Source: an uncultured virus (IMG/VR IMGVR_UViG_3300044612_003086) (taxonomy: Duplodnaviria; Heunggongvirae; Uroviricota; Caudoviricetes). Taken from it: a stretch of 64,000 nucleotides of DNA. Where the stretch lies: positions 62,001 to 126,000 of the IMG/VR virus record IMGVR_UViG_3300044612_003086. The stretch is one strand, 5' to 3'. Below the pieces are notes generated by a model that ran no database searches, was not told where the DNA came from, and saw only the letters and a program-made list of their open reading frames with translations. A program made the translations under genes and the position numbers. Below are positions 1 through 9,700 of the stretch, piece after piece (positions within the stretch are counted from its first letter, which is position 1; each line of letters begins with the position of its first letter).

Positions 1-614
1 GGATTTGCCGTTTTTTCGGCAACGTGTGCTCTCACTATTGCTTTTTGTCCGATTCTTTCAACTATCCGATTGATTGCAATAGACGCAAGACTATTAGCCT
101 CTCTTGAAATTAGTTGTCCAGATTTTTTATCAAATCCAATTTTTTGATTATTTTTTATAGAACTAAATACTTCTGAGCGCCTAGCTGAAGATGAGAACAA
201 CCTTGCCTTGAAGTCAACTATGTTGATTTTTTCAATAGGGCTCTTGAATTTATCAATCCCCCTGCTAGACGGGGAACGAAATCCATTGGTTTTTGTCTCT
301 GATGGAAATCTTGAAGCGTTCAGTATTTTCTTCTGTGATGTCACGATTGGGGTAGATGGAACGATTACTTCTGGAGAATCAAAATTTATTCCATCAACTA
401 TTCTCTGTACCGAAGAGTTAATTTCCTTGAAATCAGTTGCAACAAATCCAGCAGGAAGTGATTTTGTTGCGTACGACTCACGCGAAACAACACCATCTAT
501 TAGGCTGTTTCCGAATTCGGTTAGTGATTTAACAATAAACTTTGAATCATCATCAATAGCTATGGCATGCGGCATATTGCGCAGCGCATCTTTTATTATG
601 GAAATACGTTTCAC
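1..614 (-). CDS. Hypothetical protein, partial (runs off left edge); continuation of head-module operon
   Basis: Read manually: GTG at 614-612 overlaps the TGA of the upstream gene (GTGA) with GGAGG upstream; frame MKRISIIKDALRNMPHAI... stays open to the window edge. Confidence 0.8.
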   Translation of the reverse strand, partial: MKRISIIKDALRNMPHAIAIDDDSKFIVKSLTEFGNSLIDGVVSRESYATKSLPAGFVATDFKEINSSVQRIVDGINFDSPEVIVPSTPIVTSQKKILNASRFPSETKTNGFRSPSSRGIDKFKSPIEKINIVDFKARLFSSSARRSEVFSSIKNNQKIGFDKKSGQLISREANSLASIAINRIVERIGQKAIVRAHVAEKTAN

Positions 615-2662
615 TTGCCACCTCCGGAAATGAGACTTCGAAGTACTTGTTTTTGATTTTGTAGTACGTCAAGTCTTGAATTGAACAGTTTAGAAATAAT
701 GTTTAAGTGAATTTTTTCCCCATCAGACATCCCATACCCATTCATGTCGGATACAAATTTTTTTGAGTTAAAACTTCTTGCCCGATTAATCATTTGTGAC
801 AAAAGTTTCATAAAAAGAACTCTTTGCTCTGCTCTTAGTTTTTGATAATAGTCAGAATATGCTGGAGTGAGTTGTGCGCCATAAAAATCATTGAGACGCA
901 TCTTCATTCTTTTTGTTATTTCTATTTTTGAGAGGTCAATCAATCCTGATGTGGTGTTATCTGCCAATACCGCCCTGGTTCCATCAGCTGTATCTATTGG
1001 ATAAATTGAGGATGCTGGTCTTGAGCGCTGGTCTGTCAAGAAGTCGCTTACAAGCATTCTTGCAACATCCGCAATATCAAGGTTTTCAAATTTTTGATTC
1101 GGGTTGAATACGCCACCAGGCACAGCAGACTCCACGTCCTGTCTCAGATACATTCTTTTATCGTTTGGTTTTCCAACAAATATCACATCCGGAGACTCCA
1201 TGCCCAGATGCTGCTGGAGGTCTGACGCAAATCTCTCCGCTAGGTGCTGATAGTTTTTTGGCTTTTCGTAAACGAAATACTTTTGAGCCCCAGACTCAAC
1301 CGCTGATATTGAATTTGATATTTTCTCCTTGCGGACTAATTGTTGATTTGCTAGAAGTTTTGCGAGAACGATAGGTGTAATTCGTGAAAAACTACCTCCG
1401 TCTGCAATGAAACTTATTGCATCATCAAGATTGTTTATTAGCTTTCCTCTCCCGGAAAGTGAAACCGTAGTTCGCGAGGTGCCCTGTTCTTCTTTTGGCA
1501 ATTTCTGTAGTTTTCGCTTACCAAATAGCTTCTTTGCCCAGGCTGTTGTCCCATCAATTATTTCATTAGGATTTTTGATTCCATCAAACGATTCGGAATA
1601 CTGAATACCATCGCCTATTTCGTCGGCAACATTTCTCAGCCTTGCTCCTGGGTCTTTGCTGTTATTTATTTTTTGTGCTGAATTGACTACTCTTCCAAGT
1701 TTTCTTCTCTCGCCAACAGAGAGATTTCTGGCCTTAGACAGGCTTATTGTTGAACCACCAGGTAGAACATAAATCAAACTTTTAATTCCAGTATTGGAAA
1801 GAAGTCCAAGCTCTTCTCCGCCGAGGTCGGATGAAGAAAGAGTCGACATAAGGTAGTAGGCGCCTTCCATGTCCCTGTTATCCGGGATAGCTCTCAGCAC
1901 CTTCGTTGGAACTACTGGTTCCAGAACGAATCCATCACGCCTAACCATTCTCCTGGCTTTAGTGTTGGACGACAGGTTGAATTGACCGATTTCTTTTATG
2001 AGCGCTTTCACCTTGTCTGATGACGCTCTTCTGTTTTCGTTTCCAACGCGGGTAATTTGTGGTTTCCTGCTTGCAATAAGAGAGCTGTCGATTGGTCCGC
2101 CAGTAACAGTGCGACCCTGAACAGTGGATGGAAGTCCTGATGTGCCAGCTCCTCGTATTGCTCTAATTGTTGCTCCGAGAGCGGAAGGAATATCAAAAAG
2201 TTTTGCACCGCACGTAGAAAGTCTGTTGTCAGTGAATCGCCCGCCGTACTGGTACCCTTCCGGACACCTGTAACCACGATTCTGACCCGGCCTTGAGCCA
2301 CCCCTGCTCCCACCAAATCCAGGAGTTATTGTTCTGTATGTTGCAGAACGAATAGGGGAACGAATTGGTCCTGTATCTCCTGGCAGAAATGTGCTGAGCA
2401 ATGTGCTTCCGAGTTGGCGGCCAAATTTTGCCTTAGTGCTCATGATTCCATTTGAATCAATTTTATGCTTTCTCCTGGTATTGCCATTAAGACGCGACAG
2501 GGCCTTATACTCAACAATCTTTTGACTGATTGCTCCACGCCCGCGAATAAAGTCAAACTTTGACTTAGTGTCCAAATCAGAAAGAATAACTCTCGTTACG
2601 ATACGAGAAGTTGACTCCGGACAGCAGTATTCTGTATCGCTATTAACCACAGCACTCCTCAT
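611..2662 (-). CDS. Putative virion-associated protein: N-terminal RCPxG..FTD..C motif, degenerate JAB-like middle region, C-terminal HipA/PI3K-like (pseudo)kinase fold
   Basis: 683-aa ORF; HLAERFASDLQQHLGMESPDV...SDFLTDQRSRPASSI...VLADN resembles the E-x-LA..lG..P / D..N.DR..N / iDN kinase pattern with the catalytic Asp/Asn altered. Confidence 0.55.
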   Translation of the reverse strand: MRSAVVNSDTEYCCPESTSRIVTRVILSDLDTKSKFDFIRGRGAISQKIVEYKALSRLNGNTRRKHKIDSNGIMSTKAKFGRQLGSTLLSTFLPGDTGPIRSPIRSATYRTITPGFGGSRGGSRPGQNRGYRCPEGYQYGGRFTDNRLSTCGAKLFDIPSALGATIRAIRGAGTSGLPSTVQGRTVTGGPIDSSLIASRKPQITRVGNENRRASSDKVKALIKEIGQFNLSSNTKARRMVRRDGFVLEPVVPTKVLRAIPDNRDMEGAYYLMSTLSSSDLGGEELGLLSNTGIKSLIYVLPGGSTISLSKARNLSVGERRKLGRVVNSAQKINNSKDPGARLRNVADEIGDGIQYSESFDGIKNPNEIIDGTTAWAKKLFGKRKLQKLPKEEQGTSRTTVSLSGRGKLINNLDDAISFIADGGSFSRITPIVLAKLLANQQLVRKEKISNSISAVESGAQKYFVYEKPKNYQHLAERFASDLQQHLGMESPDVIFVGKPNDKRMYLRQDVESAVPGGVFNPNQKFENLDIADVARMLVSDFLTDQRSRPASSIYPIDTADGTRAVLADNTTSGLIDLSKIEITKRMKMRLNDFYGAQLTPAYSDYYQKLRAEQRVLFMKLLSQMINRARSFNSKKFVSDMNGYGMSDGEKIHLNIISKLFNSRLDVLQNQKQVLRSLISGGGK

Positions 2663-3287
2663 CGAGTGATTTCTTTTTTACAACACTCTTCGACACTGTG
2701 CTGCCTGTTTCGTCCTCGCCTTCAATCTCCCAGTTTTTATCTTCTCTCAAAAAGTCCATAAACTTTGGCTCCATTTCACAGAAGTCGCGCAAAACAAGAA
2801 ACGCGTGCTTGTAGTCATCTTCAGTTACAACTTCAATTCCTTTTGATTCCTGTTGAACAAAGTCGTGAAAAAACACGTCGTCAAAAATTGCGTCTTTTTT
2901 TGCCCCTCTAACAAGATTTGCTGGCTTTGCGTTGCTTGCCAGCCTTCTGGCAAATTGTGCATCAGTCCAGTTGGTCAGCTTGCGAATCTTCTTTTTGCAG
3001 TTCTTCATTCCTGGATGGTGGCATCCTTCATTTGGCCATAAACCAGTTGTTTCATGATGAAGCCATGCGCAAATATTGTTCAGCGGATACAGTTCTGGGT
3101 GATTCGCTAAAATCACTCTGCATCTCCTGAACCCGCCTGGTTTTTTCATGATTGGACGCCAGTAGCGAAGTAGGCGCTCTAGGTTCCCTCGACGCGGTCC
3201 ATATCCACGAAGAATATCGCCGGTGACAATCTCCTGAGGGAGTAGCCCTCCTAGTGGGTCGGCTTTTATTTCGTCTTCGTTAGACAT
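2643..3287 (-). CDS. Actinophage-type head-associated hypothetical protein (GN.ERL.RYW...F.RC...CA.LH...TG.WP motif)
   Basis: 214-aa ORF coupled to neighbours; Cys/His motif recalled from actinophage head modules. Confidence 0.6.
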   Translation of the reverse strand: MSNEDEIKADPLGGLLPQEIVTGDILRGYGPRRGNLERLLRYWRPIMKKPGGFRRCRVILANHPELYPLNNICAWLHHETTGLWPNEGCHHPGMKNCKKKIRKLTNWTDAQFARRLASNAKPANLVRGAKKDAIFDDVFFHDFVQQESKGIEVVTEDDYKHAFLVLRDFCEMEPKFMDFLREDKNWEIEGEDETGSTVSKSVVKKKSLDEECCG

Positions 3288-3792
3288 CGTTGTTATCCTC
3301 CAATTGGCGCAAAATATTCATTGCGTTCCAGGCGTCGTCGCGCTGTTGCAGCGATTTAAATGAATAAATATCCCTCTCAGACTTTACCATTCCTCCGCAG
3401 CAACTAGTTTGAACTTGAACAACATCAGTCTTTGTGTTTAAAAACTCCTGAATGCGGTCAGATTTTTGTTTAAGCGATTTTTGTTTTTTACCCAATTTTG
3501 AAACAACATTTAGACCGTCAAGCATTTTTTTGTCTATTGGCTTAGTTTTTAAAATAAATGTGTCGTACCATGAACCCTTGGTTGGATTTTGTGGTGAATC
3601 CCAAAGAAATCGTAAAAATCTTGACGAGCGGTTCTTTCTGACGCCGATTGCTTTTGCTGCAAAAGAGAAAAAGTACACGAATACGGCACTTCCGTCCGGA
3701 CGAACAACTGCACCATCTTTGGAATTTTTATTCGCGTCGATTATGTAATAAATACGGTCTTGGCCTACTGAACCAGCCAATACAGCTTTCAT
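3280..3792 (-). CDS. Hypothetical protein
   Basis: 170-aa ORF overlapping both neighbours; GGAG upstream. Confidence 0.75.
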   Translation of the reverse strand: MKAVLAGSVGQDRIYYIIDANKNSKDGAVVRPDGSAVFVYFFSFAAKAIGVRKNRSSRFLRFLWDSPQNPTKGSWYDTFILKTKPIDKKMLDGLNVVSKLGKKQKSLKQKSDRIQEFLNTKTDVVQVQTSCCGGMVKSERDIYSFKSLQQRDDAWNAMNILRQLEDNNDV

Positions 3793-6700
3793 AGCATTGC
3801 TCCGCTTCTAGTCACAAGGCTAGGACTTTTCTCTTTTCTCATCTCTTCAAGAAGCTTTTTGGCGTTTTCTGCAATCTCGCGCATTATTTTTTCCCTAAGG
3901 ACTGTCTCTATGTCGTCGGAGCGCTTTGCTGCTGCACTATAGCTCCTGGCATCAAAAAGATTAATTCCTTCTGGGTGAGCTATCCCTACATTATCAAAAC
4001 CAAGTTTTTTATATTCATCTTGTATTTTTTTTGCAGCTCTATAGTTTCTTAATTTTTGCATGCTTTGCGTATTCATTTTGCTTCCAGAGTTAATTGAGTA
4101 AAAATACTCAATCTCTTCTTGTGAGAATCCTGCCGAACGAAGCCGCTCAGCAATCGAGCGATTATTGACTACGTCAGAAATATCTTCTTTGCCAGAATTT
4201 TCAGATAGTCGGGAGAATGGGTAGTTGATTTTCTCAACTTCATCCTTATCAAAACCGCCAAGAATTTGTGCTTCGAATACATCCCTGTCCACCCCTTGAC
4301 CCAAGCTGCCAGGAGTTGGGAATTTGCCATCTCTATCTCTTCCACTATTTACGGAAGAGAAATCATCCGACATGCCAGCACCGAGAAGATTTAACGTTGA
4401 TACTAGATTTCTGCTTCTCGAACCTGGGCTGCTACCACCGATATAAGCATCAACGATGTCATCACGGTTCATTGAGTTTAATGCAACCGGTCTGTGGCCG
4501 GTGCTTAACGAATCACCCTTACCATATGCAACTCTGTTCGATACATTTGGCTTGAGTACAACTTCTATGTCGCCGAATGCGGTAAGTCCATCACCGACAA
4601 TATCTTCGTCCATGATTTCAAAATTTGCATCCATGTCAATATTGCCTGAATTGTTTTGCAATACTTGATTTTGTTTTGCCTTTTTATATGAATTGTGAAC
4701 AAGATATCCACTTACTGGCCTCAATTCATTTGGAATATCAGAAGATAGACCGATTGATGATTGATAGTCTTTGGCAAAATTAATTGCGGACATTCCGATT
4801 CTCTGCGAGGAAGTGGCGTCAGTATCTCCGTCCGACATTTTCCCTGTTAGGACCTGCCTGCGCGTCCTTGACAAAACCCCACGCGTACGATTGTTATTGC
4901 GTGTTTCTGAAACATTCTTCATAAATGCCCTAAACCCATCGGCAAATGAGTTTTGTAGTTTTTTTCTGTTACTCACTGGTTTTCTTGGTCCTGAGTAATC
5001 GCCAAGTTTTTCCATCGCGCGCATGGCTGTGTTTTTGTCTATCGCTCCACTTCTTTGGAGCTCCCTGACAGCGACAAGAGCCAGGTCTTGATTTCCAGCA
5101 GCAGCAATTTGGTTTGCCACCTTTGCTATATCTTCTGATGTCCCACCGTTTCCAAAGACGCTCATTGCCGCAATCGCCTGGACCATGTCTCCGCGCTCGG
5201 ATTTTTCTACTCCGGCTTTTGTTAGCGCGCTAACTGCTCTTGCATTTGCATTTCTATCGTTTCTAGCTCGGTTCGCGGCACTTGTCATGTCTCTTCCAGA
5301 GCTGAACCATGTCCTTCGCGCAGCTGCCCTACCTGTGATTTCATCAGAATCGTCTGGTAGGACTATTCTGCGATTGGAACGCAACGACTGTCTTGTGGTG
5401 ACTGCTTTTTTGTAGTCCGGACGTGCTGTGTATCCGACGGCACCAACCTTGATGAAGTCACCTCGCTCATAGAGCTCGTCGGCCATGTCTGAAATATTCG
5501 TCTTTAGGTCTTCTGCAACTTTCGCAATTTCCGAGTCGCTGATTTCAGCAATATCTCCCTTTTGCCAAGCATTTTCTGCACCAAGTCTTGCTTCTTTGAT
5601 TCCATATACTTCCTGAAAAGCTCTGCCAAGTGTAAGGCCCTCAACGATGTCGGTTTGCACTTCGTTAACATTTAGTGGAACCTGCAATTCATCACCTAAG
5701 CCAAGATTCGCTACGTTTATTCCTGCCCATCTGTGATGTCCATCCAAAATGTATTTATCCATTGTTGCGAGTATCGGCGAACTGAACCACTGCTTATTGA
5801 TTTCTTCAAGGAAGCGCCGTCTGAACTCATCGGACTTTCTATCAAGACCTTCTTGCTCTAGTTGGTCTGCGATTTCAAGTGCTTTTTTGGTTATTCCATC
5901 TGCCATGCCAGACACCTTTGATGCGACAAGCTGCTGCTGCGACGGAGCATACTCGTTTGCGGGGACTGTTTTTTTACGTACGGATGGACCAGTAGACGGG
6001 TCTTCTGGTGTAAGTGTTTCATTTAGGAATTGAATGAATTCACCCTCAAGATTCACCTCGGTGTTATTCCAATCCGTGTTCGAGTAGAACCAATTAAGTT
6101 CATCCTCTGACATTGGGTTCGATGATGGTTTGTTTTTCATTGGATGACGTTTTTTTAGGGATGCGTATCTTTCACTATCCTCAGTAGACAGTCCAGATGC
6201 AGGTTCCCATTTCCCATCGGCTTTACCATTTTTTAACATCCGTATGGCAATTGTGTTTGCGCCTTTTGTTCTTCCGTTTGTCTGGGGCATCTTTTCTCTA
6301 TCTATGCCGATATGGCCAGAACACAGCAGATTTTGCATTGCATCATAAAGCCCACATAGGTCAGCCTGGTAGCTGTCGACATAGTCTTTTTTCATTTTGT
6401 TTACAAAATCTTTTGATGAGATATCGATGCCTGGATTGTTTGAAAGCACATCAGCTTCGTATGCTTTCTTGAAGTTCAACCATCTTTCGTTATTCTGCTC
6501 AATATGGGTCAAGGCGCTTTTCTGCACTGCCTTCTCTAGCTTTGCCTGAGCGCTAGCGGTAAGTGTTAGGTCTGCATCTTTTACAATCACGTGATGGCCG
6601 AGTGACATAAGCGCCAACGCTGTCGGTACGTCTTCGGCAATGTATGTATTTCTGTGATTTGCGCTAATTGCCTTCCTTGTTGAGCGGACCAGTGATTTAC

Positions 6701-9700
6701 CAAAAACCTTTGATATCTCGTCAGTAGTCATGTCATCGACGTTTTTTCCACCAGCAACAACTTTGTCGAAAATGTCTGCCGCTTTTGCGGCTACCTCATC
6801 TTCCAGTTTCGCCCTACTTTCTAATTCCTCTACCGAGCTGATACGTCCACTAGACAGACGTCCGCGCCTGTCGTTTGGTGCCATTCTTGAAAGTCGTTCT
6901 GTTCTTCTTGAGGTGGATGGAGCACCAGGACGAACTCCGCCAGAACGAACAACCCCATTTTCCGACAACGAACTAATATCTTCGTCACGCATTCTCACTC
7001 GAACTCGTCTGTCGAAAGAACTGTGCATTTTAAATGCAGCATTTTCAATCAACTGTGCTATCTGTTCATCTGAGTACCTTCGAAGAGCTTCTGCAACATT
7101 TGAGTCGAGCATGTCTGATGCAATGTCGTCATACTCTTTTGAACCATTACCATTGAGGATTGAGCGCAGCTCACGCATATCAGACGAAAGCTGCTTTCTC
7201 CGCGAAGACCGTCTTTCCTCTCTGGAGAGAGTTGGTCCAAAATGTGTAGACCCAGAAGAAAGTCGTCTTGATGGGGCTTCGCCGAAGGTTGACCCAAAAT
7301 CTGCAACTGAATCAATTATCTCAGCGCTTGTCTCGTCTATATCTGCAGATTCTCTTTCTGTTGAGTCTGGCCTCGATATGCCGAGTTTGCTTCTTCTTAT
7401 TATTTCTTTATCGGCAACTTCTCTAATTTTCTTAGAGTTTCCCTGTCGCCATATGGCGTCATCGGTTCCAGAGCTGATTCCGTCAACAAGGGCATCAAGT
7501 ACATCAACGGTGTCTTTCTGTCTTACAATTTCAGCTCTTATCGTTCCATCTTTGTCGCGACTAATGATTCTCAGTTTCCCTGGAGGTGCGACGAACTTTT
7601 GCTCATCATCTTTTTCGGCATTTGGAAAGACTCCGCGATTTCCTTCTGCAACACTAATGATTATTTTCCTCTTTACGCGGCCCGTTTCCTTATCTGTCCC
7701 CCGAGGTGATGATGTCGGTTTAGAGCGAGATGTGAGTACACGTCCAGAAATGAAATTATCTACATTTATTTCATCCCCAACCTTTTTCCCCTTTACTTCT
7801 ACTGCTGGGAAGTCGGATACAACCTCAAATTCAAATGGCGAATCTATCGACGACGAATCAATTGCTTCCATTGTTGGGATGAGTATGTTGCGCACCTGTT
7901 CAGACAGCGAACCCTCGTCCTTGCGCCTCGGGTCTACGGCAAGGCCAAGACGGTTGAGGCGAGCATTTCTTGCATTCATCGCCCTACCTACAACAGTTTG
8001 CTTTTCCGGAGTTAACATCTGCGCTATTTCTGGGGCTACGAAATCATCCATCTCTCGGATTGCAGCAGCTTGTTCTTTGGTTATCTTTCGACGCAGGCGC
8101 GCTTTCTCTCGTTTCGCATTGTCTATAGCTTCTTTTTGCGATTTAAATTTCTTTATTTTCTTAGGTTTTGGTTTGAGTAATTCATCTACCTTGCCATTAA
8201 ACTCCCTACCGGCCCTTGCTGTTGCACGCGAATCACCACTCTCTGCAATTCGTGAAATGTATTCAGAACGGAGAATTGAGCGCTCCTCCATTAATTCTTG
8301 AACTTCCGGGTCGTCTTCTAGCCTGTCTTTAACCAGGACGTCAATATCAGCGGCACGGCGAATCAGTTGATTTTCTGATTTTGTTTTTGCTGAAGATGTT
8401 ATGTCATCAATTCTTTTTGCTTTAGCAAATGCTTTTATTTCTTCGTCATCCACCATTCCTGCATCACGTCTTGTTTTTTCGACTACCCTGTCGAATCTCG
8501 ATGCCTCACCCTTTGCTCCAACTCCGAATTTTTTCCTCCACTCAGAACGCGAATCAGAGTACATTTTCTCGTAGTAGTCAAGTATTTTTTGACCTTCTTC
8601 AATTTTCTTGCTGAGGTCAGCCACTTTCTCTGTTCGCTCTGTTATTGATTCCTCTGTTGCATCTTCTGGTAGTTCAGAAAGCCCATTGAGCTCATTCGTA
8701 AAATTATCCAGTTGTGCGCGTATGTCTCTTCTTTGGGCATCAACCAGTGCAGCTTGTTGGAACATCTCTTCTTCATCGAGTTCCGAATAGAATTTTTTAA
8801 ATTCTTTAAGTTTTTCCCGTCTTTCCTCTATTGTTCGTTTTTCAATGTCTCCGGACATTTCATCGATTTCTTCATCGGAAAGGCGGTCTGCAGAAGAGCT
8901 GGAAGTCGGCCTGAATGTAGTACTTTCCAGTATTGCTCGTTCTTCTGCATCAATATCTGCGCGCTCGGCAGAAAGCCTGCTTCGCTCAACGTCATCCATC
9001 CACTCCAATGCTGCGTCTACGTCATCTCCGAAAATAAGTCCCTGTTCGCGTAGTGCATGTAGTTCTGCACCAACCTCAAGACCCCATATTTCGCTGCCTT
9101 CTGTATATTCGGTTGGGTACTTGCCAGCAAGAAATGCAGCCACTTCACTGCGCTTTAATGCATCTGACATATTTTTCAGGTCCAAGCCATCATTGGAATC
9201 CATCATCAAATCCATAACATCACCGCTTGTTAGATTTGTCAACAATCCTCCACGCTCTTCATCGAAATCAACAGTGACAATACGGTTTCCGACAAACGTC
9301 ATCGCACCAGTTCTCTTGTCTTGTTTGTACTGAGGGATTTCAATTTTTCCGCCGTTATCGATAGCTTTGCGAAGAATTTTTTGAATGAATGCCTGGCTTT
9401 GAATTCCGTGTGAAAACTCATGAAAAGCAATATGTTTAGTAAATGACCTCGGCCCGTCTACAAGCCCTGCCATGTGGCGTGCTGCATATTCGGAATTTAT
9501 TAAGAAGTCTGCTACTGCGCTCTTCGCCTCTGAGTCACTGACAACCCCAACAGCAGATACGGCAAGTCGTTCATCTGCACGCATGTCTGGCAGCATCGAT
9601 TCCTGGTTTGTCATGATGCGCTCTAGGTTTACGTGCATTACTCCACGTATTCCACCAGCACCTGGCCTCATGCTTCCGTGAACCGCAGTTCCTGCTTCGT

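Noticed and set aside
6730..8301. 523-aa + strand ORF (also 12051-12800, 40338-41672 and many shorter antisense ORFs)
   Set aside because: Ser-rich antisense shadows of long genes with clear domains; no RBS or motifs
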